This document shows, in pieces, positions 1 through 8,329 of a stretch of DNA of 32,000 nt. The DNA lies in NCBI RefSeq assembly GCF_001598795.1, contig NZ_BCZP01000005.1, positions 270,001-302,000 on the forward strand, given 5' to 3'. The notes under the pieces were generated by a model. That model was not told the DNA's origin. It saw nothing but the letters and a program-made list of their open reading frames with translations, and did not search any database. Source of the DNA: Delftia acidovorans NBRC 14950 (GTDB taxonomy: Bacteria; Pseudomonadota; Gammaproteobacteria; Burkholderiales; Burkholderiaceae_C). Each line of letters starts with the position of its first letter. The stretch's first letter is position 1. The position numbers were made by a program, and so were the translations under genes.

Positions 1-281
1 AGGTGACCGAGCGGCCCGAGGCCGTATCGGCCGGCACCGTGCTGCTGGTGGGCACGCAGCGCGCGCGCATCGTGGCCGAGGTCAACCGGCTGCTGGCCGA
101 CGAGGGGCACCACGCCTCGTTTGCGCGCCGCATCAATCCCTATGGCGATGGCCAGGCCTCGCAGCGCATCGTGCGCGCCCTGCTGGGACAGCCCTTCGAC
201 GAGTTTGCCGCCGGACACACAGGCGGCGCGGCCGTCCCGGGCATCACGGCCGCCGTGACCAAGGGCATGGCGCCGGCCTGA
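1..281 (+). CDS. wecB: UDP-N-acetylglucosamine 2-epimerase, C-terminal fragment (gene continues upstream of the window)
   Basis: The frame is open to the window edge. The C-terminal sequence [17 protein letters not shown]...[10 protein letters not shown]...[20 protein letters not shown] follows the C-terminus of E. coli WecB as I remember it (RPEAV.AGTV.LVGT ... [10 protein letters not shown]). Only 78 nt separate it from the next gene, with no hairpin in between. Confidence 0.85.
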   Translation, partial: VTERPEAVSAGTVLLVGTQRARIVAEVNRLLADEGHHASFARRINPYGDGQASQRIVRALLGQPFDEFAAGHTGGAAVPGITAAVTKGMAPA

Positions 282-359
282 ACCACGCACGCACCACCCG
301 CGCACCACGTCCACGAAGCGCATTACGAATCGAGCACCGAAGTGAGAAAAGAGGCCCCC

Positions 360-2585
360 ATGCAACCGACCATCCGCCAATCGCTTTCCCGCACCGGTGC
401 CCGCTGGGCGCTGGGTTCGCTGCTGGGCCTGGGCGCCCTGTTCGCGCAGACGGCCTCGGCCTCGGCGCTGGGTGACGCCATACGCCAGCTGGGCGCCAGC
501 GACGGGCTGCAGCGCAGCGTCACGCTCAAGGAGCTGGGCATCGTCGATCCCGTGGTGCTGGCCGGCACGGCCACCCAGGACTTCTACCTGCCCGTGCCGC
601 GCGGCCTGCCGCTGGGCGATGCCAGCATTGCCTTCGACAGCCGCTACCTCAAGGGCGAGCCCGGCGTCTCGACCGTGGTGATCTCGCTCAACGGCACGCC
701 CGCCGTGTCGCAGACCGTGCCCGATGGTGACGGCATGCTGCAGCGCACGCTGCCCGTCGCCCAGCAGGCCCGCGCCAGCGATTTCGTGCGGCTGGGCGTG
801 AACTGGCGCAGCCGCAACGGCCAGGTGCGATGCGATGACAACCATTCCCTGGCCAACTCCCTGACCATCTCGCCGCAGACACGGCTGAGCTACCGCGTGG
901 ACCCGCGCGATGTGCGCAGCATCGAAGATGTCTGGAACACCCTGCCCGTGCGCACCACCGTGCTGGTGGCGGGCAGGCAGCTGGAGCAGGCCTCGTTCGA
1001 CAGTGCCTGGCGCATTGGCGCCAGCCTGCAGCGCAACAACAGGCGCATGACGGTGAACGCATTGCCCGCCGTGGGGGAGACGCTCGACCTGCGAGGCCTG
1101 GAGGTTCCCGCCGCCCTGGCCGGCGTGCCCGCCTTTGCCGCACTGCGCGGCGCCGAGCCCCAGCACAAGCTGGCCAGTGACGCCGAACTGGGCGCGCTGC
1201 TCATGCTGGGGGCCGCCCAGGTCAGCGGAGACATCGTGGTGGCCGACAAGGCACTGCAGCAGCGCCTGACCGCCGCCTTCGCGGCCCTGCAGGCCCAGCT
1301 GGCGGCCGACCCCGATGCGGGACAGGCCCTGCAGCAATGGCGCGCCCGGCGCGCACCGCTGGCCAACGAGGCGCTGGCCTCGCAGCAGTTGCGCGCCCTG
1401 CCCATGGGCCGCCAGATGGTGCTGGCCGTGGCCGCCGACGCGGGTGCGCGCGTGGCCGGCCTGCAAGAGGCCGCCCTGCAGCGCCTGCTGGTCAGCGACA
1501 ACGTGACCGTGGCCGCGGCCCAGCCCCCGCAATGGGACGAGGCCAAGGGCATACGCCTGTCCAGCCTGGGCGGCAGTCCCGACAGCTTCGACGTGCTGTC
1601 GCGCGGCGACTGGACGATGAACTTCCCGCTGAGCGCCGTGGCCTCGCAGGGCCAGATGCCGGGCGAGATCACGCTGTACGTGGCCGCCGCCCCCGGCGCC
1701 TCGGCCACGCGCCCCGTGGCCACGCTGTTCTGGAACGGCATGCTGCTGTCGGCCCGCCAGCTGGAGGCCAACGGCCAGCCCGAACGCCTGCGCGCCCGTG
1801 TGCCCGGCTATGCGCTGGGCATCAACAACACCTTGCGGGTGTCCGTGCAGCGCCAGCCCTACTCGGCCGACTGCAACGAGATTCCCCAGCCCTACCCCGC
1901 CAGCGTGCTGCCGGCCATCAGCTACGTGACGCCCGGCAAGGCCGAGGCCAACGGCAGCTTCATCGGCCTGCTGCCGCTGCTGGGCGCCAAGTCGCAGTTC
2001 CTGGTGCCCGCCAGCTATCTGTCGGCGGCGCCGGCCGCGCTGGAGCGCATGGCCAACCTGGCGGCCGCCAGTGGCCTGTCGGCTTCGCAGGCCGAGCTGG
2101 TCGTGGCCCAGGCCGATGCAACGGCCAAGCCCTCCATGCCCTTTGTCGCCATGGAAGTGCCGGTGGACGGCGCCAAGCCCCTGGTGACGGTGGCGGACCG
2201 GCAGCAGCTGCGCATCCGCGGCAAGTCGGTGGACTGGCTGGACATCAAGGGACTCAAGCAACTGTCCTCGGCCGAAGTGGTCACGGCAGGCGGCCAGCAG
2301 GGCGTGCTGTGGCATGCCATCGGCGAGTGGACGGGCGGCCTGGGCGAGCCCTTCCTGCTCAATCGCGGCAACATCGCCGTGATCGGTGGCGACGGCCCGC
2401 TGGCCTGGGTGGACAGCAGCAATCCCGAAACCGGCATTCCGTCGGGCCCGCGCGAAAGCGCCTTCCACGAATGGCGCAACTTCCTGTCCTGGAGCGTGCC
2501 GGGCATCGCCATCGCGCTGTTCGTGGTGCTGCTGCTGGTGGTGCTGGCCTGGGCGGTGGCGCGCAGCAAGCAGTCCAAGCACTGA
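360..2585 (+). CDS. BcsB-family periplasmic synthase co-subunit (signal peptide, single C-terminal TM anchor)
   Basis: ATG at 360 lies 5 nt after GAGG; the track start at 342 is a GTG without a better RBS. Signal peptide: ...GALFAQTASASA|LGD. The N-terminal block RSVTLKELGIVDPVVLAGTATQDFYLPVPRGL..ASIAFDSRY....STVVISLNGTP parallels the BcsB pattern (L.F.Q.....L.G......F.......A.L.L.Y..S......S.L.V.LN). The C-terminal helix IAIALFVVLLLVVLAWAVARSKQ gives a BcsB-like topology. Confidence 0.75.
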   Translation: MQPTIRQSLSRTGARWALGSLLGLGALFAQTASASALGDAIRQLGASDGLQRSVTLKELGIVDPVVLAGTATQDFYLPVPRGLPLGDASIAFDSRYLKGEPGVSTVVISLNGTPAVSQTVPDGDGMLQRTLPVAQQARASDFVRLGVNWRSRNGQVRCDDNHSLANSLTISPQTRLSYRVDPRDVRSIEDVWNTLPVRTTVLVAGRQLEQASFDSAWRIGASLQRNNRRMTVNALPAVGETLDLRGLEVPAALAGVPAFAALRGAEPQHKLASDAELGALLMLGAAQVSGDIVVADKALQQRLTAAFAALQAQLAADPDAGQALQQWRARRAPLANEALASQQLRALPMGRQMVLAVAADAGARVAGLQEAALQRLLVSDNVTVAAAQPPQWDEAKGIRLSSLGGSPDSFDVLSRGDWTMNFPLSAVASQGQMPGEITLYVAAAPGASATRPVATLFWNGMLLSARQLEANGQPERLRARVPGYALGINNTLRVSVQRQPYSADCNEIPQPYPASVLPAISYVTPGKAEANGSFIGLLPLLGAKSQFLVPASYLSAAPAALERMANLAAASGLSASQAELVVAQADATAKPSMPFVAMEVPVDGAKPLVTVADRQQLRIRGKSVDWLDIKGLKQLSSAEVVTAGGQQGVLWHAIGEWTGGLGEPFLLNRGNIAVIGGDGPLAWVDSSNPETGIPSGPRESAFHEWRNFLSWSVPGIAIALFVVLLLVVLAWAVARSKQSKH

Positions 2586-2627
2586 GCCCGGCCCGGGCAA
2601 CGATGACGACGGCATGAGGCGATCGCC

Positions 2628-4349
2628 ATGATCTCTTCCCTCTACTGGCCCTACCTGGTGGCCGACTACTACCACGCGCTGGAGATCGTCAGCGCCGTGG
2701 TGGCCGTCGTCATCCTGCTGTCCAGCATCGACGACCTGTTCATCGACGCCTGGTACTGGGTGCGCGAGGCCTGGCGCGCGCTGACCGTCAAGCGCCGCTA
2801 CCAGCCGCTCAAGGCACAGCAGTTGCAGGAGGTCGAGGAAAAGCCGCTGGCCATCATGGTGCCGGCCTGGCTGGAGTACGACGTGATCGCACCCATGCTC
2901 GAGAGCATGGTGGGCACGCTGGACTACAAGAACTACATGATCTTCGTGGGCACCTACCGCAACGACGAGCGCACCAAGAACGAGGTGGAGCGCATGCGCC
3001 GGCGCTACCGCCAGCTGGTCCGCGTGGAGGTGCCCCATGACGGCCCCACCTGCAAGGCCGACTGCCTCAACTGGATCGTGCAGGCCATCTTCCAGCAGAA
3101 CACGCTGCAGCCCGAGCCCTTTGCCGGCCTGATCCTGCACGACAGCGAGGACGTGCTGCACCCGCTGGAGCTCAAGTACTACAACTACCTGCTGCCGCGC
3201 ATGGACTTCATCCAGCTGCCCGTGACCTCGCTGGAGCGCGAGTGGTACGAGCTGGTGGCCGGCACCTACATGGACGAATTCGCCGAATGGCACACCAAGG
3301 ACCTGGTGGTGCGCGAGAGCATGTCGCACATGGTGCCCTCGGCCGGCGTGGGCACCTGCTTTTCGCGCAAGGCGATGGAGGAGCTGGCGGCCGAGACCCA
3401 CAACCAGCCCTTCAACACCGACACGCTGACCGAGGACTACGACATCGGCGCTCGGCTGGCGCGCCGGGGCATGAAGCAGATCTTCGGCAAGTTCCCCGTG
3501 GACTACGTGATACGGCGCAAGCCGCTGTTCGGCCTGGGCAAGGAAAAGGTGTCCACGCTGACCATGCCGCTGGGCATCCGCGAGTTCTTTCCCAACACCT
3601 TCAAGACCGCCTACCGGCAAAAGGCGCGCTGGACACTGGGCATCGGCCTGCAGGGCTGGAGCCAGGTCGGCTGGGCCGGGCCGCTGTCCACCAAGTACCT
3701 GCTGTTCCGGGACCGCAAGGGGCTGGTGACCTCCTTCGTGGCCATCCTGGCCTATCTGCTGCTGCTGAACTTCCTGCTGTTCCTGCTGGCCGATCACATG
3801 GGCTGGTGGACGGTGTACTACCCGTCCCTGTTCGCTCCCAACGGCTGGCTGGTGACGCTGATGAGCGTCAACGTCATCGCCCTGCTGCTGCGCGTGGTGC
3901 AGCGCGCCTGGTTCGTCTCGCGCCTGTACGGCTGGGAGCACGCCATGCTGTCCATCCCGCGCATGGTGATCGGCAACTTCATCAATGCCATGGCAGCGGC
4001 GCGCGCCTGGAAGCTGTTCATCGTCCACCTGGTCACGGGCAAGCGGCTGGCCTGGGACAAGACCATGCACGACTTCCCGTCCCCCGACCAGTTGAGCCAC
4101 CAGCGCCAGCGCCTGGGCGAGCTGCTGCTGTCATGGCAGGCCATCGACGAAACCCGGCTGGCCACCGCGCTGGAGATACAGCAGCGCGAACGCCGTCCGC
4201 TGGGCGCCATCCTCATGGAGCAGGGCTGGCTGGACGAGGCCACGCTGCGCGAGGCCATCAGCTTCCAGCAGGGGGAGCCCACCGACCCCACGGTGCATCC
4301 CGACATTCCCGCACAAGGCATTCCAAGCACCCCAAGGGCCGGCATATGA
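2628..4349 (+). CDS. nfrB: NfrB-like processive family-2 glycosyltransferase (exopolysaccharide synthase) with C-terminal MshEN-type c-di-GMP-binding domain
   Basis: Colinear with E. coli NfrB as remembered: LSSIDDLFIDAWYWVR, EKPLAIMVPAW, TLDYKNYMIFVGTY, CKADCLN, ILHDSEDV, IQLPV..LEREW, VPSAGVGTCFSRKA, TEDYDIG, and the QxxRW motif (QKARW, nt 3618-3632). Several TM helices follow the catalytic domain. The MshEN tandem motif is at the C-terminus. Confidence 0.85.
   Translation: MISSLYWPYLVADYYHALEIVSAVVAVVILLSSIDDLFIDAWYWVREAWRALTVKRRYQPLKAQQLQEVEEKPLAIMVPAWLEYDVIAPMLESMVGTLDYKNYMIFVGTYRNDERTKNEVERMRRRYRQLVRVEVPHDGPTCKADCLNWIVQAIFQQNTLQPEPFAGLILHDSEDVLHPLELKYYNYLLPRMDFIQLPVTSLEREWYELVAGTYMDEFAEWHTKDLVVRESMSHMVPSAGVGTCFSRKAMEELAAETHNQPFNTDTLTEDYDIGARLARRGMKQIFGKFPVDYVIRRKPLFGLGKEKVSTLTMPLGIREFFPNTFKTAYRQKARWTLGIGLQGWSQVGWAGPLSTKYLLFRDRKGLVTSFVAILAYLLLLNFLLFLLADHMGWWTVYYPSLFAPNGWLVTLMSVNVIALLLRVVQRAWFVSRLYGWEHAMLSIPRMVIGNFINAMAAARAWKLFIVHLVTGKRLAWDKTMHDFPSPDQLSHQRQRLGELLLSWQAIDETRLATALEIQQRERRPLGAILMEQGWLDEATLREAISFQQGEPTDPTVHPDIPAQGIPSTPRAGI
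4110..4268 (+). other. Tandem 24-residue MshEN-type c-di-GMP binding motif (aa 495-547 of the synthase)
   Basis: RLGELLLSWQAIDETRLATALEIQ - QRERR - PLGAILMEQGWLDEATLREAISFQ. Both halves fit RLGxx(LVI)(LVI)xxG(LVIF)(LVI)xxxx(LVIF)xxxLxxQ with a 5-residue spacer. Deviations are Gly10->Gln and position 11 (Ala) in half 1, and Arg1->Pro and position 11 (Trp) in half 2. Confidence 0.7.
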
Positions 4350-7213
4350 AGCATCTCGCTCCCCTCGTTCGCCCTCTCACGCTGGCCGCGCTGCTGGGCG
4401 CCGGCTGGAACGCGCCGCCGGCCTGGCCGCAGGCCGCAGCAGCCGTCAAGGCCGAGGCGCCGCTCAGGGGCCGCGCATGGCAGCTGGCCAACCAGGCCTA
4501 TGCCCACTATCAGGCCGGCCGCTTTGCACGGGCCGCCAGCGCCGCCGCATCGGCCGTACAGCTGCGCCCCGACCTGCTGCGCCTGCGCATGCTGCTGATC
4601 TACTCGCTGCAAAAGCAGGGCAAGAACGAGGAAGCGCTCAAGGCCATCGCCTCGGCCCGCGCCGCCGGGCTGGACGAGGCCACGCTGCAGCAGGCCGAAA
4701 CCAATGTGCGGGCCGCAGCGGCAGGCGGGGCGGCGGGCGGGCCTGCGGGGGCCACGGCTTCCGAGGCCTACAACAAGGCCTTTCCCATCGCCACGCAGGC
4801 CTACGCCGACTACAACGCCAGGAACTACGCAGACAGCGCGCGCAAGGCCGAGCAGGCCTTTCGCCTGGACCCCAGCCAGGGCCAATGGGCGCTGCTGTGG
4901 ATTGGTGCGCTGGAGGCGCAGGAACAGCTGGGTGCCGCCATCGAGGCCGCAGATGCCGCCCTGGCCCTGGAGCCCCCCAACAAAAGCGATCTGGTGGCCA
5001 AGCGCCAGACCCTGCGCCGCAGCCAGGCCGTGCTGCCGGCGCAAAAGGCCTACCAGGCGCTGATCGCCAACAACCCGGCGCAGGCCGTGCCCTTTGCGCG
5101 CGAGGCCGTGGCGCTGGCGCCGGGAACGGCATCGCACCGCCTGCTGCTGATCACCTCGCTGCTGCTGGCCGAGCAATTGCCCGATGCGGAAAAAGCCGCA
5201 GACGAGGCGCTGGCGCAGGACAACGAAGACACAGCGGCGCTGGGCATGCGCGGCTACATCCGCCAGCGCCAGGGCAAGACCGCACAGGCCAATGAAGACT
5301 TCGATGCCGTGCTCAAGCAGGACTGGCTGGACGAAAAGCAATCGGCCAACCTGCGCCTGATCGCGGCCGACGCGGCCCTGGCCGCTGGCGACGCGGCACG
5401 CGCCCGCGCGCTGCTGGCGCCCATGCCGGCACAGGATGAATCCGTGGCCCGCCGCCTCAAGCAAGCCGATGACCTGCGCCCCGGCCGCGATACGCCCATG
5501 GTGGCCGATACGCGCGGCGCTTCGCAGACCCTGGCCATGGCCGACTATCCGCCGCCCCTGCAGGACTGCCGCGACACGCCCTATGGCACGGTCTGCGAGC
5601 TGCAGCCTTCCGATGCCCAGGGCACGGGCGGCCCCAGCGCCCAGGCCTATGCGGCCTACGCGCGCCAGGACTACAAGGCCGCCATCGAACATGCGCAAAC
5701 GGCCGTGGAGCAGGACCCCGACAATGCGCAACTGCAAAAGCTGCTGACCACCACGCTGGCCGCAGGCAACCGCGACCAGCAGGGCCAGGCCCTGCTGCGG
5801 CTGGACAAGTCCCTGTCCCTCACCCCCAACGACCCCCAACTGCTGATGCAGCGCGGCTACCTGTACTCGCGCCAGGAAGAGCCGGCCAAGGCGCTGCAGG
5901 ACTTTCGCGCGGCGCGCGCCACGGGCGAGGCGCCAGCGGGCGCCATGCTGGACGAAGGCTATGCGCTGGCCGGCACCGGCGACAACCGGGGCGCCGTGCG
6001 CACCTTCAAGGAAGCCATCGACCTGGACGACGCCGGCACCGCCAAGCTCACGCCTGGCCAGCGCGAAAACGCACGCAGCGCCGTCTCCGGCTACGCACGC
6101 GAGTGGGGCGCCATCGTCTCCATGGGCTACCGGGGTGCGCGGCCTGCGGGGCGTGCGTTCTCGGACGGCATCCTCACCCAGGCCGGCGACGCCGTGTTCG
6201 GCACGGCCGAGGCCTACTGGCGTCCGTCCAACTTCCTGAACTCGTCCACCCGCATCTTCGATGTCTACGGGCGGCTGGGCAGCACCTTGCATGACGGCGG
6301 CGGCACCACGCTGGGCCAAAGCGCCATCGACCCCTGCACGGGCCTGCCCATCAATGTGCAGGCGGGCGACAACCGCGGCATCTCTGGCCTGCCCACCACC
6401 ACGGGCTCGCTGGGCATGCGCTTCACGCCGTCCACCAAGTACGCGCTGACCTTTGGCATAGAGCGCCAGTTCAACATCGGCTCCGCCACGCGCTCGGGCT
6501 TCATCACGCCTGAATCGCCCCAGCTGCGCTGCCTGATGAGCGGGCGCGATCCGCTCAACCCCACGGGCCCGGCGCTGGGCAACCCGATATCGGCCAAGTA
6601 CAGTGCGGGCGCGGGCCAGGGCGGCTGGCTGGCCTATGTCACCCATGGCTTCTACGAGGGAACGGGCCGGCGCACGGACCGCTCCAGCTGGTTCACCATG
6701 GAAGGCTACAGCCAGGCCGGCTATGCCAACCAGAGCATGGCCTCGCGCTTCACACTGACCGACCAGACCAGCGGCGCCCAGGTGGGCGACGGCTCGGGCC
6801 GCTACAAGCGCGAGCAATGGTTCTTCTCCACCGAGGCCCGCATCGGCCGCAGCTTCCGCGCCGACGGCATCAACCAGGGCCTGGTGATCTTCCCGTTCGG
6901 CGTGGTCGCGGCCGACTGGATCAAACAGAGGAACCGCGTGCAAGTGCGTTCCCTGCAGGCCGCCCCGGGCGCCACGCCCACCGCAGCCCAATTGGCCGCC
7001 CAGCAGGGACAGACCCTGGCCCTGCAAGGCAATGGCAGCAGTTGGTCGGCCAGCGCCGGCGTGGGCGTCAGCCTGCGCCAGTGGTTCCGCGAAAGCCACT
7101 ACAGCACGGCCCAGTCCTATGTGGACTGGTCCATGCAATACCGCTTCAACATCGGCGGCGGCCAGGCCGACCGGGCCAAGGGCCTCTTCATGACGCTGAC
7201 GCTGTCCTATTGA
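4346..7213 (+). CDS. nfrA: NfrA-like outer-membrane exopolysaccharide export protein (signal peptide, TPR region, C-terminal beta-barrel)
   Basis: The start ATG overlaps the synthase stop (ATGA at 4346-4349). The track ORF 3242-7213 is the same frame with a spurious N-terminal extension. Signal peptide: MKHLAPLVRPLTLAALLGAG. About 550 aa of Ala/Leu-rich TPR-like repeats (AYAHYQAGRFARAASAAASAVQLRPD..., YARQDYKAAIEHAQTAVEQDPDN...). The C-terminal third is Gly/Tyr/Ser-rich, consistent with beta strands, and ends ...GLFMTLTLSY (aromatic terminal residue). Confidence 0.75.
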   Translation: MKHLAPLVRPLTLAALLGAGWNAPPAWPQAAAAVKAEAPLRGRAWQLANQAYAHYQAGRFARAASAAASAVQLRPDLLRLRMLLIYSLQKQGKNEEALKAIASARAAGLDEATLQQAETNVRAAAAGGAAGGPAGATASEAYNKAFPIATQAYADYNARNYADSARKAEQAFRLDPSQGQWALLWIGALEAQEQLGAAIEAADAALALEPPNKSDLVAKRQTLRRSQAVLPAQKAYQALIANNPAQAVPFAREAVALAPGTASHRLLLITSLLLAEQLPDAEKAADEALAQDNEDTAALGMRGYIRQRQGKTAQANEDFDAVLKQDWLDEKQSANLRLIAADAALAAGDAARARALLAPMPAQDESVARRLKQADDLRPGRDTPMVADTRGASQTLAMADYPPPLQDCRDTPYGTVCELQPSDAQGTGGPSAQAYAAYARQDYKAAIEHAQTAVEQDPDNAQLQKLLTTTLAAGNRDQQGQALLRLDKSLSLTPNDPQLLMQRGYLYSRQEEPAKALQDFRAARATGEAPAGAMLDEGYALAGTGDNRGAVRTFKEAIDLDDAGTAKLTPGQRENARSAVSGYAREWGAIVSMGYRGARPAGRAFSDGILTQAGDAVFGTAEAYWRPSNFLNSSTRIFDVYGRLGSTLHDGGGTTLGQSAIDPCTGLPINVQAGDNRGISGLPTTTGSLGMRFTPSTKYALTFGIERQFNIGSATRSGFITPESPQLRCLMSGRDPLNPTGPALGNPISAKYSAGAGQGGWLAYVTHGFYEGTGRRTDRSSWFTMEGYSQAGYANQSMASRFTLTDQTSGAQVGDGSGRYKREQWFFSTEARIGRSFRADGINQGLVIFPFGVVAADWIKQRNRVQVRSLQAAPGATPTAAQLAAQQGQTLALQGNGSSWSASAGVGVSLRQWFRESHYSTAQSYVDWSMQYRFNIGGGQADRAKGLFMTLTLSY

Positions 7214-7270
7214 AAGCCCTGCCCCGCCGCCGCCACCACCACACAGAAAAGAGAAAAGGAGAAAGCTCCC

Positions 7271-8329
7271 ATGGATTCGACCAAGCAAGCACCCCGCCCT
7301 GCCCTGCACGGACTGCGCTCGGGCATGGCGCGCGCCGCACGCGGGCTGGCCGGCTGCGCACTGGTGCTGGGCGCGCTGGCAGCGCAGGGTACGGCCCAGG
7401 CCCAGGCCCAGGCCCAGGCCCAGGCACAGGACAGCTCCTCCATCGTCCTCAGGGGCAAGGATGGCTGGCTGTTTCCGGGCTGGGGCAGCCTGACCCAGGT
7501 GGACCGCGCCGGCATCACCGAATCCACCCGGCTGATCACCGAGGCGCGCAACCTGCTGGCCGCTCGCGGCGTGAAGCTGCAGGTGCTGCTGCTGCCCGAC
7601 AAGGTGCGCTTCTATGCCGACAAGATGCCCGACGGCAAGGCCATGAGCGCCGATGTCCAGGGCCGCTACAGGCAGGTGCTGCAGGCGCTGCAGGCCGCCG
7701 GCATTCCCAGCTTTGACGACGAGGCCGTGCTGCGCACCGTGCGCGACAGCGGCAAGGATGTGTTCTACCGCACCGACCAGCACTGGACCCAGGCGGCAGC
7801 CGACGCCACGGCCGAGGCCACCGCCCGCATGGTCCAGGGCGAGGTGCCCCAGCTGGCCGGCAGCGCCGGCAGCGGCCTGGCCCTGGGCGACACCGTCACC
7901 GAGCGCCGCTATGGCGACCTGGCCGAGCTGTTTCTGACCGCCGAGGAGCGCAAGCAGATCGGCCGCGAGGTCTACACCGTGCGCCGCCAGGCTCCGGCCA
8001 AGGGACTGCTCGACGATGAGCCCGCACCCGTCCACGTGACGGGCCACAGCATGGTCCAGCCCTACTTCGGCTTTCCGCAAAAGCTCTCCAACCTGCTGGA
8101 CCGCCCGGTCTCGCTGAACTGGAAGCCCGGCAACGTGGGCCAGTGGACCATGCTGCTGGAGTACCTGGAGTCGCCGGCCTTCAAGTCCCACAAGCCCCAG
8201 GTGCTGGTGTGGCAGATGTTCGAGCCCACCTACAGCTACGGCCCCAACGCGGCCGGGCAGTGGGACAACGCCTCGCTCATGCCCAACGCCACCTGGCTGG
8301 AGCGGCTGCGTGCCGCGCTCAAGGGCTGA
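7271..8329 (+). CDS. AlgX/AlgJ-family SGNH-like polysaccharide O-acyltransferase, secreted form
   Basis: Strong RBS (AAGGAGAAAGCTCCC-ATG). Signal peptide followed by an (AQ)6 linker. Family motifs: LRGKDGWLF, the FYRTDQHWT Asp-x-His block (nt 7775-7786), and a later VTGHSMV Gly-x-Ser block. Confidence 0.7.
   Translation: MDSTKQAPRPALHGLRSGMARAARGLAGCALVLGALAAQGTAQAQAQAQAQAQDSSSIVLRGKDGWLFPGWGSLTQVDRAGITESTRLITEARNLLAARGVKLQVLLLPDKVRFYADKMPDGKAMSADVQGRYRQVLQALQAAGIPSFDDEAVLRTVRDSGKDVFYRTDQHWTQAAADATAEATARMVQGEVPQLAGSAGSGLALGDTVTERRYGDLAELFLTAEERKQIGREVYTVRRQAPAKGLLDDEPAPVHVTGHSMVQPYFGFPQKLSNLLDRPVSLNWKPGNVGQWTMLLEYLESPAFKSHKPQVLVWQMFEPTYSYGPNAAGQWDNASLMPNATWLERLRAALKG
7394..7429 (+). repeat. 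Hexanucleotide tandem repeat (GCCCAG)x5 + GCACAG encoding (AQ)6
   Basis: Read directly from the sequence. It is in frame and sits just after the signal peptide of the AlgX-like protein. Confidence 0.9.

Noticed and set aside
282-359. CAC-rich wecB/bcsB-like intergenic stretch (accacgcacgcaccacccgcgcaccacgtccacg), considered as a regulatory repeat or terminator.
   Set aside because: It has no dyad symmetry or T-tract. It looks like simple compositional bias and is most consistent with read-through from wecB.
3242-4345. N-terminal 368 codons of track ORF 3242-7213. Analogous 5' extensions occur in ORFs 12815-14734, 23664-25451, 16024-17574, 20242-21159, 14752-15813, 24722-25576, 9418-11061 and 342-2585.
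   Set aside because: The extensions overlap upstream genes in another frame and are low-complexity. Internal starts with RBS, signal peptides or family-typical N-termini explain the real proteins: 4346, 13589, 24656, 17352, 20880, 15726, 25525, 9481 and 360.
7394-7429. GCCCAG tandem repeats and other short repeats, considered as CRISPR-like or mobile-element signatures. I also looked across the whole window for transposase or integrase genes, tRNA/rRNA and IS-type inverted repeats.
   Set aside because: The repeats are contiguous, in-frame coding microsatellites without spacers. No transposase-like or integrase-like ORF, tRNA-like cloverleaf region or terminal inverted repeat pair was seen by eye. 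A proper tRNAscan or IS search was not possible.
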